Source: Patescibacteria group bacterium (GTDB taxonomy: Bacteria > Patescibacteriota > Patescibacteriia > 2-02-FULL-49-11). Taken from it: a stretch of 64,000 nt of DNA. This document shows, piece by piece, positions 37,077-47,642 of this stretch (its first letter is position 1; every line of letters begins with the position of its first letter). The stretch covers positions 8,318-72,317 of the forward strand of contig JBAZQN010000007.1 in the NCBI GenBank assembly GCA_041645165.1, in the 5' to 3' direction. The notes beneath the pieces are model-generated. The model did not search any database and was not told where the DNA came from. It saw only the letters and a list, made by a program, of their open reading frames with translations. The translations under genes were made by a program, and so were the position numbers.

Positions 37077-37756
37077 ATACCGTTAAAAATGCGAAAAAAA
37101 ACGTACTAAAACCTGTTCAGGTTAATATCTCTCATGGGGTAGATAAACTCAACACCGAACGATTGGATTTCGAGAAACTTAGCGGGATCATACCTGCTAT
37201 CATTCAAGATGCCGACACCAAGCTCGTGCTTATGCTGGGTTTTATGAATAAAGACGCACTGAACAAAACAATAAAAAACAGAAAGGTGACTTTTTGGAGT
37301 AGGACAAAAAAACGGCTATGGGAAAAAGGGAAATCTTCTGGCAATACGCTTAAGGTGCTCTCCATTGCCACAGATTGCGACCACGACACGCTTTTGATTT
37401 TAACAAAGCCGCAAGGGCCTGTCTGCCACACCGGTGCCTATTCTTGTTTTGGAGTAAAAAAACAAGAGCGATCTGATTTTTTGAAGGAACTCTATGACCT
37501 GATCGCCACAAGGAAAAAAGAATTGCCGATACGTTCTTACACCACCTCTCTTTTTAACCAAGGGCTGGGTAAAATACTGAAAAAGGTTAAGGAAGAATCC
37601 GGTGAAGTAATACAGGCTGCGAAAAAAGAGTCAAAAACACGGCTCATCGAAGAAAGTGCCGATCTCGTCTATCACTTATGGGTGCTGTTGGCTGAAAAAA
37701 ACATCTCAATCTGCGATCTCCTTACTGAACTCAAACGCAGAAGAAAAGGCGGTTAA
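37073..37756 (+). CDS. hisIE: Bifunctional phosphoribosyl-AMP cyclohydrolase / phosphoribosyl-ATP pyrophosphatase
   Basis: WSR....LW.KG..SGN, DCD.D, CHTG..SCF; SYT..L, KKV.EE..E, E.ADL.YH. Confidence 0.96.
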   Translation: MNTVKNAKKNVLKPVQVNISHGVDKLNTERLDFEKLSGIIPAIIQDADTKLVLMLGFMNKDALNKTIKNRKVTFWSRTKKRLWEKGKSSGNTLKVLSIATDCDHDTLLILTKPQGPVCHTGAYSCFGVKKQERSDFLKELYDLIATRKKELPIRSYTTSLFNQGLGKILKKVKEESGEVIQAAKKESKTRLIEESADLVYHLWVLLAEKNISICDLLTELKRRRKGG

Positions 37757-37875
37757 ACCCGTTCCCGCTCCCCTACCACCATATAAAAGAGCGTCGGGAT
37801 GATAAAGAGCGTGAAAAAGGAATAAAACAAAAATCCTATCTCAAAGGACAGGGTGATTTCAAATATGGAAGCGAC

Positions 37876-38083
37876 GTGGTGGCAGATAAACTGCCACGCT
37901 ACAGTCGATTGCATTTCTCGCCGTATGCCCGCCTGCCAACCCGCCCACAGATACGCAGTTGCTGGCGGGGGCAGGTAGCTTCGGAACTTGTCTCCGACTT
38001 CACGTTCGTAGCGTCAGAGCTAGTCTCTGACTTCGTGTGGCAGGCATCCCAGTCATTCGACGGGACAAGAGCTGCCACACTAC
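37876..38083. repeat. Cluster of GTAG-type REP hairpins with a nested CCCGCCTGCC...GGCAGG element (37928-37975)
   Basis: gtggcagataaactgccacgctac; gtagcttcggaacttgtctccgac; gtagcgtcagagctagtctctgac; gtggcagg...ctgccacactac. Confidence 0.75.
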
Positions 38084-38111
38084 ATTGTCCGTGTGCGTCA
38101 GCGTTTGTGTA

Positions 38112-40871
38112 TCAGGCGGCGCTCATTTTCGCAAATGCGATAAACAAAAGCGTGAACACGGCGGTCATAATAAAGGGCGCAAAATCGGAGAGATAGTCGC
38201 GCCGTGCTAATTGAAACCGTTTCAAAAGGAGCGAATTGGTAACGACCGAAACCGAGCTTAATGCCATCGCAAGGCCCGCAAGCTCCGGCTTGAGCGACAA
38301 GCCGATCCCTATGAATATCCGCGCCGCAACGGGAATACCGATGACGTTATAAAACAGGGCGAAGAACATGTTCTGTTTTACCTTGCTCATGGTCACGCGG
38401 CTTAAACGGATGGCATGCGCCACATCTTGCAGGTCATTCTTGATAATCACGACGCCGCCCGCTTCCATCGCCACATCAGTGCCGCTCCCCATGGCAATGC
38501 CCACATCCGCCTGTGCGAGCGCGGGCGAGTCATTGATGCCGTCGCCCACCATGGCGACCCTGCTCGCGCGCACGCGCCCCCGCCGATCCGTCTGGGGCAC
38601 GAGTTGGAGCTTCTTCACTGCTTCTGCTTTTTCGTGCGGCAATACCTCCGCTAAAATATTCTGTTCGGGAATGCCGAGTTGTTTGCCTATTGCCAAGGCA
38701 GTACGGCGATTGTCTCCCGTTATCATATAAATGGAAATCTTTGCATCTTTAAGCATGGACAGTGCGGCAAGCGACGTATCTTTGATCGTATCGGATACCG
38801 CAATAATGCCCAGCACTTTGTCTCTGCGCGCGAGCAGCATCGCGGTTTTGCCCGCAGTCTCAAGGCGCTCTACTCTGCGGCTAATTATTTCTAAGTTATG
38901 CCCCAACCCTGCCATAAGCGCGCGATTGCCAAAGAAATATTCTTGGCCTGCCACAGACCCTGAAACGCCCTTGCCGGGAATCGCTTTAAAATTCTCGACT
39001 TCTTGCATCTGCGCGCGTTCGGCTTCCGCGTAGGCGGTAATGCTCTCTGCAAGCGAGTGTTCAGAGCCTTTTTCAAGGCTGCCGGCAATCCCCAACAGTT
39101 CGTCTTCCCCTATCTCGCTTACTGAGACAAGGTCAGTTACTTCAGGAGTTCCTTTCGTGAGCGTGCCTGTTTTATCAAAGAGCACCGCATCAATTTTTGA
39201 AAGCGCTTCCAAGGGCTCCCCTCCTTTAATCAGTATGCCGAACTCCGCGCCCTTGCCGGTCCCCACCATCACCGCCGTCGGCGTGCCAAGGCCGAGCGCG
39301 CAGGGACACGCAATCACAATCACTGACACGAAGGTAAGGAGCGCGAACGTGAGAGAGGCACCTAGGGCAAAATACCATACCAGGAAAGAGAGGAGCGCCA
39401 AACCGATCACCGCAGGGACAAACCATGCGGAAATCCGGTCTGCATACGCCTGGATCGGCGCCTTTGACCCTTGCGCGTCTTCAATAAGCTGGATGATGTG
39501 TGAAAGAACCGTATCCGCGCCCACTTTCGAAGCGCGAAATTCAAAACTGCCGAGCTTGTTCATGGTCGCGCCGATGACCGTATCGCCCTCTTTCTTTTCC
39601 ACCGGCATGCTTTCGCCCGTGAGCATGGACTCGTCAACGGCAGAATACCCTTTGGTGATCACGCCATCGACAGGAATCTTCTCGCCCGGGCGCACCACCA
39701 CCGTATCGCCTGCCACGACCTCTTCCACGGGAATGTCCATAGCGGTTCCTTGGCGCAATACCCGGGCGGTTTTCGCCTGTAATCCCATGAGTTTCTTGAT
39801 CGCATCGCTGGTGCGGCCTTTCGCGCGCGCTTCCAGCCACTTCCCCATGAGCACGAAGGTAATGAGCAACACGCCGATTTCGAAATAGAGATTAGGAATC
39901 TTCTCGCCCAAAAGCGCCCACACAGAACCCGTGGCGAGCCAAAAGCGGACAAACTCGTAAAGGCTGTAGAAAAATGCGGTGCTCGTGCCGATCGCGATGA
40001 GGCTGTCCATGTTAAACGTGCCCATGCGCAGGCTAGACCACATGCCGCGGTAAAAACCCGCGCCGAGGATGAATTGCGCCGGCAGCGCCAGCATGAGAGA
40101 AATGGCGCCAATGGCAGGAAGGATCTGCTCACGGAAGGGAAGGCGGGAAGAAAAATCAAGCGCCATGAAATAGACGAGCGGCACGCTCAATATCACGCCA
40201 AAGATAAACTTGTCACGGTACGCGCGAATTTCCTTCTCGCGCTTTTTCCTATCAAATTCCTGGTCTTTGGGATTGCTTATCTCCGCCTTATATCCCGCGG
40301 CCTTCACCGCATCCTTTATCTTCTCCTCATTGAGCTTCCCCGCATCAAACACCACGCGCGCTTTTTCGGCGCCATAATTCACATGCGCCTCCCTGACCCC
40401 GGGAACTTTCCTTAATTTGCGCTCAATAAGATTCGCGCAGCTTGTGCAGTGCATGCCATAGATATTGAAACTTGCGCGCCTCTCTCCCTGTGCTCCTGCT
40501 GCCTGCGGCGCAGCCTGTGCGGGCTCTCCTTGCTCGCCTTCGCCTAAAGGCTTCGGCGAAGCAGGCCCGCCTTGCGGCAGGCCCGGCGAAGCAGGCTCAT
40601 ACGCGCTTAATCGTTCCAAAAGGGAGCTCATGGGCCGCAGCGTCTTCTGCAAAAATGAAGCAAATTCCTCTGCGTCCTGCTTGCCTTCCGGAAACTCTAT
40701 GGAACCATTTTTTTGCACCTCAATTTTCCCCACGAACTGGGGCGACTGGTCCTCTGAATGCCGTAAATTCCCTTCAGCGTGAATCGTGCTCTCAATGTGG
40801 AGCTTGAACGCGTGCGGGTCTTTTTGCGGCTTTAAATCCATGGGATGAGCCGCGCCATTTGAGGTATCCAT
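38112..40871 (-). CDS. copA: Copper-translocating P1B-type ATPase
   Basis: [40 protein letters not shown] and MALSS motifs; ATG at 40871. Confidence 0.95.
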   Translation of the reverse strand: MDTSNGAAHPMDLKPQKDPHAFKLHIESTIHAEGNLRHSEDQSPQFVGKIEVQKNGSIEFPEGKQDAEEFASFLQKTLRPMSSLLERLSAYEPASPGLPQGGPASPKPLGEGEQGEPAQAAPQAAGAQGERRASFNIYGMHCTSCANLIERKLRKVPGVREAHVNYGAEKARVVFDAGKLNEEKIKDAVKAAGYKAEISNPKDQEFDRKKREKEIRAYRDKFIFGVILSVPLVYFMALDFSSRLPFREQILPAIGAISLMLALPAQFILGAGFYRGMWSSLRMGTFNMDSLIAIGTSTAFFYSLYEFVRFWLATGSVWALLGEKIPNLYFEIGVLLITFVLMGKWLEARAKGRTSDAIKKLMGLQAKTARVLRQGTAMDIPVEEVVAGDTVVVRPGEKIPVDGVITKGYSAVDESMLTGESMPVEKKEGDTVIGATMNKLGSFEFRASKVGADTVLSHIIQLIEDAQGSKAPIQAYADRISAWFVPAVIGLALLSFLVWYFALGASLTFALLTFVSVIVIACPCALGLGTPTAVMVGTGKGAEFGILIKGGEPLEALSKIDAVLFDKTGTLTKGTPEVTDLVSVSEIGEDELLGIAGSLEKGSEHSLAESITAYAEAERAQMQEVENFKAIPGKGVSGSVAGQEYFFGNRALMAGLGHNLEIISRRVERLETAGKTAMLLARRDKVLGIIAVSDTIKDTSLAALSMLKDAKISIYMITGDNRRTALAIGKQLGIPEQNILAEVLPHEKAEAVKKLQLVPQTDRRGRVRASRVAMVGDGINDSPALAQADVGIAMGSGTDVAMEAGGVVIIKNDLQDVAHAIRLSRVTMSKVKQNMFFALFYNVIGIPVAARIFIGIGLSLKPELAGLAMALSSVSVVTNSLLLKRFQLARRDYLSDFAPFIMTAVFTLLFIAFAKMSAA

Positions 40872-40878
40872 ATATTTA

Positions 40879-41097
40879 TTATGATAAAACGCCTTCGAGC
40901 GTATACGCGCCGAGCGATTCAATCTCTTTCTTTAAACGCTGCCAATCCAGATTCTCTTCGTGTTCAACCACCGTCTTCCCGGTGATAAAATCCACGGTGC
41001 ACGCGCGCACCCCCGGCACGTCGCGGCAGGCATCTTCGATGAGCGCTTTGCACGATGCGCAATGTGTCCCTTTGATGGTAATGGTCGAGGTAGCCAT
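40879..41097 (-). CDS. copZ: HMA-domain copper chaperone
   Basis: GTHCASC, 72 aa. Confidence 0.8.
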   Translation of the reverse strand: MATSTITIKGTHCASCKALIEDACRDVPGVRACTVDFITGKTVVEHEENLDWQRLKKEIESLGAYTLEGVLS

Positions 41098-41139
41098 ACT
41101 TGATTTATTAAAGTTGCTAAATAAATTATGTTAAGTCTC

Positions 41140-41808
41140 TCATTTTATAAGCCATACAATAAGCAAAAGGCCAGAAATAATCATGGAGAGCGCCATGATG
41201 AGCTTCACCGACGAAAAGGTGCGGGTATGCAGCTGTTGGCAGTACTGGAAAACAGCCTTGTTGCTCACCGAAACAAACAGCACGACGAGCGGAAGGACAA
41301 ACATGAAATTATACACAAGCAAATACCCCACTCCGCGCCAAAACGTCTCCTTGATGCTCAACAGGCTCACCGTGGCCAGATACACGCCGCCAGAACAGGG
41401 AAATTCACAGATACCCACCAACACCCCCAAGGTGATCGCTGACATGATGGTAATCTCCGGTTTCCATTTTGGAATTCGGCAGCGATTGAAGAACGAGGAG
41501 AGAAACGGTATCCGCACACGCGGCCATACATACTCCTTAAGGTGGAAAATCCCCAACGCGAGTATGAGGATCGCGGCTGCCCAGCCGAAGAAATCATGAA
41601 CGCCGAAGAGGTGCGCTACTTTCAGGATCCCCAGCCCTATGAGGAAATAGGTGACATAGGTGGCGGCGATATAGAAGAGGCCGAAACTTATAAAAAGCCT
41701 TTTCTCCAGCTTCAAGGAAAGCATCATCGCCAAATAGAACAGGAGCACGCCCACTGCGCAGGGATTGAATGAATCTATAAGGCCATTTATTAAAACAAGA
41801 GGAAGCAT
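41140..41808 (-). CDS. CcdA/DsbD-like membrane protein
   Basis: DSFNPCA and EFPCSGG.Y Pro-Cys motifs; about six TM helices. Confidence 0.75.
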   Translation of the reverse strand: MLPLVLINGLIDSFNPCAVGVLLFYLAMMLSLKLEKRLFISFGLFYIAATYVTYFLIGLGILKVAHLFGVHDFFGWAAAILILALGIFHLKEYVWPRVRIPFLSSFFNRCRIPKWKPEITIMSAITLGVLVGICEFPCSGGVYLATVSLLSIKETFWRGVGYLLVYNFMFVLPLVVLFVSVSNKAVFQYCQQLHTRTFSSVKLIMALSMIISGLLLIVWLIK

Positions 41809-41829
41809 ACATTAAGATAAGCATTTCGT

Positions 41830-41921
41830 GGCGTATACTGGCGTTATGCTGGCGTAAACTGGCTTCTATACCCCATAGATGCGGAAGAACGCAGATAATT
41901 ACGCAGAATAACGCAGAAATT
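41830..41921. repeat. 10-12-nt periodic tracts (GCGTAWACTG; ACGCAGAWWA)
   Basis: ggcgtatactggcgttatgctggcgtaaactggc ... aacgcagataattacgcagaataacgcagaaat. Confidence 0.6.
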
Positions 41922-41941
41922 AAAAACTCCGGTACGATAAA

Positions 41942-42439
41942 TTATTCGACATCTGCGGTGAATTTCAGGTTCACCAAGGGTCTCAAAGGGTCATTCGTCC
42001 TGAAAACCACCTCCCGCGTGACACGACCTTTTACCGGCATGATCGAAGGCTGATAGGTGACTCTTACCACTGCTTCGCCGCGAGGCGATATTTCCCCGCG
42101 CCATTGCGGGTTGCGATGCATGGAAAACCGAGGGCTTTCCCTCCCGCCGATGATAAACTGCGCAAACGTGCAATCGCATGAGGTGATCACATCATTGATG
42201 ACGAGCGGCTTCTCGCCCCGATTTGTTAATCGTATCTCTTTGACTTTTGTTTCTTCCAATTTCATGGTACCAAAATCAAATACGGTTTCATCTATGAGCA
42301 AGCGGGGAGCGGGGCTCTCTTGGGTTGTGTACTGGGGAATAGGGGCTCCCCGCTGGCTGAGCGCTGCAGCGAGCACGCCGCCCATGACCATAATAATCAA
42401 TATGATAATGCCGGCCATGATAGGATCAATCTTCTTCAT
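41942..42439 (-). CDS. DUF1573 domain protein
   Basis: FDFG, N.G..PL.I..V.TSCDCT, I.P.....V.V.Y, TNDP. Confidence 0.85.
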   Translation of the reverse strand: MKKIDPIMAGIIILIIMVMGGVLAAALSQRGAPIPQYTTQESPAPRLLIDETVFDFGTMKLEETKVKEIRLTNRGEKPLVINDVITSCDCTFAQFIIGGRESPRFSMHRNPQWRGEISPRGEAVVRVTYQPSIMPVKGRVTREVVFRTNDPLRPLVNLKFTADVE

Positions 42440-42440
42440 A

Positions 42441-43472
42441 TCACTCTTTCTTAAGCAGGCCATCAATAATTTGCTGGAACGCCTCATAGGGAAGGGCGCC
42501 GCTTACCAGCTGGCCGTTCACAAACGTCGCGGGAGTGCCGTTCACCCCTTTGCGCTGCCCTTCATCAAAATCACTCTGGACCTTTGATGCGTATTTTCCC
42601 GCATCGAGACAGCTATTAAATTGCGCTGCGTTAAGCCCCGTATCTTGCGCCCATTTCTTAAATTTATCCAGGCTGTAACCGCTTGGCTGGTTTTCGAAAA
42701 GGATGTCGTGATACTCCCAAAATTTCCCTTGCTCGTCGGCGCACTCTGACGCTTCAGCGGCCTTCTGCGCATTGGGATGGAAACTTAAGGGAAAGTGCTT
42801 ATATACAAGCCTTACTTTTCCCGCATAATCGCTTAATATCTTTTTCAGGGTGGGATAATGCCGCTCGCAAAAAGGGCATTCAAAATCAGAAAACTCAACA
42901 AACGTAATAGGCGCGTCGAACTCTCCCCGCACATGATTATCCTCTGCGACCTCAAACGTCTGCAGGGGAAGCGGATTATTCGCGGGCGCGGGGGCAGGCG
43001 GAAGGATGGCGCCTGCCGCTTGCTTATTTTGCGCCTGTACGGCTTTTTGTCCCTGCGCTGTGTCATTTGTCCGCGATGCGCGGAGAAGCTTTACTCCCAA
43101 TACCACATTGAGAGACAGAGAAAGCAGAGAGACGCCCGTGAGAAAACCAAGGAGGAATGGCGCTTTCCCATTACGCGCGGGGATAAACACGCGCTGCGAG
43201 GGCGCAGATTTTGTCTCTTTCATTTCTTCCTTCACTTCCCTTATCATCTCCACCGCATAATCCCCCGCTCCCCTTACCGTTTTTTCAATATCCTGTTCGC
43301 TGATTTTGCTCTCGTCATACACCACCGCAAGCTTCTGGGATTCGTGGTTCGCTTTCGCTCTTACGACCCCTTCCTTTTTCCCTAAAAGATCCTCGAGAGC
43401 GTCAGCGTTCGCGCTCCCGCGCATGCCTGCCTGTGCAGACAGGCCTTTGATATGGAATGTTGCTTTTTTCAT
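42441..43472 (-). CDS. DsbA-family thioredoxin-fold protein with a degenerate N-terminal HMA domain
   Basis: EFSDFECPFC, KHFPL..H..A..AA.A.ECA..QGKFW, GTPATFVNG. Confidence 0.9.
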   Translation of the reverse strand: MKKATFHIKGLSAQAGMRGSANADALEDLLGKKEGVVRAKANHESQKLAVVYDESKISEQDIEKTVRGAGDYAVEMIREVKEEMKETKSAPSQRVFIPARNGKAPFLLGFLTGVSLLSLSLNVVLGVKLLRASRTNDTAQGQKAVQAQNKQAAGAILPPAPAPANNPLPLQTFEVAEDNHVRGEFDAPITFVEFSDFECPFCERHYPTLKKILSDYAGKVRLVYKHFPLSFHPNAQKAAEASECADEQGKFWEYHDILFENQPSGYSLDKFKKWAQDTGLNAAQFNSCLDAGKYASKVQSDFDEGQRKGVNGTPATFVNGQLVSGALPYEAFQQIIDGLLKKE

Positions 43473-43695
43473 AGGTGGAATATAAACATGATAATTGTAT
43501 TCATTCGCGAGGGCGTGTCACAGTTCGCCGTGAGGATTGTCTGAGGCAGTCCCGATAAGCTATTGACTGATGAGGATTGGAGGCTTATCGGGACGGTCTC
43601 CCGACCGCGTCGGGAGAGCCGAGTTCCGCAACAAGAACTGGGGTGCGCTCGAGCAGAATAGTACCAATTCATAGTGTAAAATTAATATTAATCTT

Positions 43696-45432
43696 CTATT
43701 GAGGGACCCCGCAGCTGCCGCTTCCCCCGCCTCCGCAGCCGCATCCGCTCGCGCCTGAAGGCACCGGGGAATTATCGCTCAAAGCCGCGCCAGAAAGAGT
43801 GGGGGCGTCCGCGCGGTCAGCGCTCACCGCTTCGATAACGCCAGAAATCATGCCCATCCAGCAGCTGAATTTATATTTCCCGGCTTTGGGCACCGTGAAT
43901 TCCTTAACCGATGTCGTGCCGGGAGTAAGGTCTATCTGCCCGCTAAACAAGCCGCGCGCGAGCACCGCATTGGTGCAGCCGCTGGTGCCCGTATCAGTAA
44001 TCTCCCACCTCACGGGCACGCCTGCCCTCACCTTGAAATAGTTAGGCTTATACCCTTGCGAGGACGCTTCCATCTTGATAACCTGCACGCCGTTTACCAT
44101 GGCGGGAAGGTCTTTATCGTCTGTCTTCGCGGCGCCGTTCGTAGCGGAAGTGGCCGCTTTAAGCGAGAAATTACTTAATGAGGGAGCTCCCAGCGCGTTT
44201 AACTGCGAATTAATATTGAAGAGAGCGAAAAAGAGCACCACCACTCCCGCGACCTTAAGGAAGGAGCTCGACAGATGCGGCCTTGAAGCAAATGTGACGC
44301 TCGAGAGGCCAATCATGAGGAGAGGCAGTGCGGTGCCCAAGGCAAACGAGAACATGATAAGCCCGCCTTGAAGAGCGCTGCCGGAGAGGAGCGCCAATCC
44401 CTGCGCGGTGATGGTAAATCCGCAGGGAAGGAAAAAAGTAAACGCGCCCATCAAGGATGGGAGGAAACGCCCTTTAAATTTCGATTCGTCCGCAATGCGC
44501 CGGGTAATGGATTTTGGCAAAGTAAACTGGAATTTCTGAAATGCCTTGACTCCCAGCATTTGGAGGCCCAAAAGCAGCATGAATCCTGAAACGCCAATCA
44601 CGAGCAAGGAGCTAAAGGTTAAGGAAATTCTCAACTGGCTCCCCACGGCCCCGAGCACCGCGCCGAAAAAGGCGTAGGAAGCCATCCGTCCCGCGTTGAA
44701 AAGGAGATGCGGCTGGAGTTTAGAGATGAGCGTTGCCTCGCGCGCGTAAAGCTCATGCCACTGTTTCGACATTGACAGGATGATGCCGCCTACCAAGGCC
44801 GCGCAGGTGGAAAGGCCCGCAAGCAACCCGAGGAGAAAAAAAGAAGGCAGGGATGAACGCGCGCTCACATTGACGAGGGCGCCGATACCTAACTTATTAA
44901 ACAGTATGAAAACGGCAATAATGGCAAGAGAAATGCCGATAACCGCACCCGCATTGCTCTTCTTTTGAACCTCGGCTTCGCGGGTTGGATGGTTAAAAAA
45001 CCGATATCCATCTTGCTTAAATAATTGATCCAACTCTGCGATATTTGGTTTTTTGTCTCGGTATTCTATTACTACCTCTCCCTTATTGGTTGAGGCTTCG
45101 ACTGATCGTATGCCATCCAATTTAAGCAGCTTTTTTTCTATAAGCACTTCGCAGCTCGCGCAGTGCATGCCTTTAACATAATAGGTGTGCTCTTGCGTTA
45201 GTTGAGCGCTCTGCGCAGGGTCTGCTATGACGCGGTAGCCAAGGCTCCTCAAAGCCTGAATAATTTCATCCTGCGCGATACTCTCTTTGTCAAATTCGAC
45301 AGACGCCTCTCCTGTCTGCTCATTGACGAGTACGCTCTGCACGCCTGCCAGCACCTCAATTTCTGTTTCAATGCGTATTTTATCATCAATGGATTCCACG
45401 CCCTCAAGATGAACCTTTATAGTATGGAACAT
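43696..45432 (-). CDS. HMA + DsbD_2/TauE-type membrane domain + cupredoxin fusion
   Basis: GMHCASC; STC...GG, FFLPCG; C-terminal SGC...FSCWMGM. Confidence 0.85.
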   Translation of the reverse strand: MFHTIKVHLEGVESIDDKIRIETEIEVLAGVQSVLVNEQTGEASVEFDKESIAQDEIIQALRSLGYRVIADPAQSAQLTQEHTYYVKGMHCASCEVLIEKKLLKLDGIRSVEASTNKGEVVIEYRDKKPNIAELDQLFKQDGYRFFNHPTREAEVQKKSNAGAVIGISLAIIAVFILFNKLGIGALVNVSARSSLPSFFLLGLLAGLSTCAALVGGIILSMSKQWHELYAREATLISKLQPHLLFNAGRMASYAFFGAVLGAVGSQLRISLTFSSLLVIGVSGFMLLLGLQMLGVKAFQKFQFTLPKSITRRIADESKFKGRFLPSLMGAFTFFLPCGFTITAQGLALLSGSALQGGLIMFSFALGTALPLLMIGLSSVTFASRPHLSSSFLKVAGVVVLFFALFNINSQLNALGAPSLSNFSLKAATSATNGAAKTDDKDLPAMVNGVQVIKMEASSQGYKPNYFKVRAGVPVRWEITDTGTSGCTNAVLARGLFSGQIDLTPGTTSVKEFTVPKAGKYKFSCWMGMISGVIEAVSADRADAPTLSGAALSDNSPVPSGASGCGCGGGGSGSCGVPQ

Positions 45433-45470
45433 AAGATTATGGTATCCCGCGCGATATGCGCGGGTGCAGT

Positions 45471-45743
45471 TTATTTGTTAAACAACTTGGTCACCTTTAA
45501 TATTTCCTGGGTCATCTCCTGCTTCCTCTTCTCGTTTTTTGTCACCATCGCGGTCTTAAAACAAGAGTTGAGATGATTCTCCATCAGCATCTGGTGGGCG
45601 GACTTTAAAAGCCCCACCACCGCTAAATTCTGCTGCATGACGTCGATGCAGTAATGGTTGCCCTCGACCATCTGGATGATCTTTGATAAAAGGCTGTGGG
45701 CTTTTTTGAAATTAATCAGGGTCTTCTCTTTGTGGCTTTTCAT
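45471..45743 (-). CDS. csoR: CsoR/RcnR family metal-sensing repressor
   Basis: MVE...YCID...Q..AV.G.L......L..HL..C. Confidence 0.88.
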   Translation of the reverse strand: MKSHKEKTLINFKKAHSLLSKIIQMVEGNHYCIDVMQQNLAVVGLLKSAHQMLMENHLNSCFKTAMVTKNEKRKQEMTQEILKVTKLFNK

Positions 45744-45792
45744 AGGTGTAGCGATTACGTGGGTATATAGAGTATTAAAAGGCAAATGCTAT

Positions 45793-45851
45793 ACCTATAC
45801 CCCAGGTATAGGTCTATCCCACAGGATAGCAAATCACCGTAGTGCTGTCAA
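45793..45851 (-). promoter_or_regulatory. Sigma-70 promoter with a CsoR-type operator
   Basis: Minus strand TTGACA (45851-45846)-N17-TATCCT; perfect palindrome ACCTATACC-CCA-GGTATAGGT at 45793-45813. Confidence 0.8.
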
Positions 45852-45875
45852 TAACCCACAAAGGAGAACACGAGA

Positions 45876-46154
45876 TTAATGGCAACAGCCGGAATCGCCT
45901 TTCCCCTCGCTGCCTGATTTCGGCCTTTCGTCCTCTTTGCGCGTGCCATGCGCGCCATGCCTCCGCATCCTGCCGAGATGGAAGGCGATGAGAACAATCG
46001 CGGGAATGAACCATACCCAGCTTCTCTCTCCGCCGGACGTGTTGATCCGGCCGCTAAAGAGCACGAGGAACATGGGCAGGAGAATGCACCCTGCCATCAT
46101 CCACCACATGTGTTTTGAATCATGGTTATTGTGATCGGAGTGCGACATACACAT
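45876..46154 (-). CDS. Small His/Cys-rich membrane protein (DUF2933-like)
   Basis: H-rich N-terminus, two TM helices, GCCH C-terminus. Confidence 0.6.
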   Translation of the reverse strand: MCMSHSDHNNHDSKHMWWMMAGCILLPMFLVLFSGRINTSGGERSWVWFIPAIVLIAFHLGRMRRHGAHGTRKEDERPKSGSEGKGDSGCCH

Positions 46155-46171
46155 AAATAAAAAGATAAATT

Positions 46172-46837
46172 TTATCTACTGCTAAATAGAGAACTTTTTA
46201 GTTCTGGTTTCCGTTGGGGAACCCATGCGGGCGTTGTTCGCGCGTAGGTTCCCCACGCTTCGCCGAACGTCAATCGTGCTTCTTCCTCTTCCTTTTTCGC
46301 CAAGCGCACATACCTCCAGGTCAGGATGGGAAACATGATCAACGTAAGAATCGTCGGCCATTGCAGGAGGAATCCCACCATAATCAAAATGAATGCGGTA
46401 TATTGAGGATGGCGTATGCGCGCGTACGGACCGGTCATTGCCAGCGCGTGTTCACGCTGCGCCTGATAGAGCACCTTCCACGCATCCGAGAGAAGACCGA
46501 AACCGATGAAGATGAGTATAATACTCACGATATGGAATGGTCCTATGTGAGGATTCGCGCGCCAGCCGAAGAGCGTTTCCAGGAGATGGCCTGAGTCGTG
46601 GGAAAAGAAGTTGACGCCAGGGAACCTGCTCGTGAGCCACCCTGAGAACAAGTAGATCGTGAGAGGAAAGCCGTACATCTCCGTAAACAGCGCGACGATG
46701 AATGCCGCGAATCCTCCCAAGGTGCGCCAGTCTCGCGAAGTTTTCGGTTTCACGAAACTCGCCGCGAAGGCAATCAGCAGGACGGAGGCGATGATAACGA
46801 GCGGCCATCTGCCATAGTCCTCGAATAGTGTATTCAT
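46172..46837 (-). CDS. Isoprenylcysteine carboxyl methyltransferase family protein
   Basis: ALFTEMYGFPLTIY, TGPY..IRHPQY, EE......FG..W..Y. Confidence 0.88.
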   Translation of the reverse strand: MNTLFEDYGRWPLVIIASVLLIAFAASFVKPKTSRDWRTLGGFAAFIVALFTEMYGFPLTIYLFSGWLTSRFPGVNFFSHDSGHLLETLFGWRANPHIGPFHIVSIILIFIGFGLLSDAWKVLYQAQREHALAMTGPYARIRHPQYTAFILIMVGFLLQWPTILTLIMFPILTWRYVRLAKKEEEEARLTFGEAWGTYARTTPAWVPQRKPELKSSLFSSR

Positions 46838-46923
46838 GTGGGTTGAGATTATGTGTGTGGTTGCCGCGATAATGTCGACTCGCATCGCCGCATAAATTCA
46901 GTGTTGATTTTTTAACTCAACGT

Positions 46924-47640
46924 CTACGAATAGAGATATTTGTACAAGAGCTGTGCTTGGTCAACGATTGCCTGAAATACGCTTACTTCATCTCCCAGAT
47001 CAGAATTCATCGTCTTCGGGAACACCAGATATCCTTGCACCGGCATCTCCTGATCGGTGGTGGGGATTACGCAGAGTTCGCCAATCTCGCGAACGTTCTT
47101 TTTTTGTTCTCTTGTCTGGATAAGTTCCCGATTGGAGACGCTTGTTTTGAGGAGCAGAAAATGTCGCGACGTATACACGAATTCTTTCACGGTTTGCTCG
47201 TGCGCGCTCTCCACAAACCTGAACATCCCCCACTCGGCCTTAGCGACCGACGTGACAGCTACGGCGAGCAACCGCTGAAACATGTCTTTTCGAGCCTTCT
47301 CGCTCCCTTTCTCGGTCGCAAGGAGATCGCTCGTGAGTTTCTTGAGAAGCGGCAGTCTGCGGTTCACCACGCCGATGTACTCAAACGCGTCAATGAGCTT
47401 TTCTTGGGTGATACGCCCCTCGTGCTCGATCTGCCGCACATGTTCTTCTTTTCGTTTCACATCGCGCCGATGGAGCACATATACTCCATAGGCGAGACCG
47501 AATGCCAGCAAGGACACGACTGACTCTGCGTATTCTTCTGGAAGGGCAAACACATGGCCGGTAATCACATGCGGCTCTCCCAAAATCACCAGAAACAATA
47601 TGAAAAATGCCATTTTCATGGTAAGAGTCATGGCCGTCAA
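46924..47640 (-). CDS. Hypothetical membrane protein
   Basis: Two N-terminal TM helices and a coiled coil; tightly coupled to its neighbours. Confidence 0.6.
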   Translation of the reverse strand: MTAMTLTMKMAFFILFLVILGEPHVITGHVFALPEEYAESVVSLLAFGLAYGVYVLHRRDVKRKEEHVRQIEHEGRITQEKLIDAFEYIGVVNRRLPLLKKLTSDLLATEKGSEKARKDMFQRLLAVAVTSVAKAEWGMFRFVESAHEQTVKEFVYTSRHFLLLKTSVSNRELIQTREQKKNVREIGELCVIPTTDQEMPVQGYLVFPKTMNSDLGDEVSVFQAIVDQAQLLYKYLYS

Positions 47641-47642
47641 TA

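Noticed and set aside
38368-40807. Long antisense ORFs over copA (and similar ones over the ABC, his and protease genes)
   Set aside because: Shadow frames of well-supported genes.
43469-43672. 67-aa ORF between the cupredoxin fusion and DsbA genes
   Set aside because: Largely made of hairpin repeats; might be a disrupted small gene but cannot be supported.
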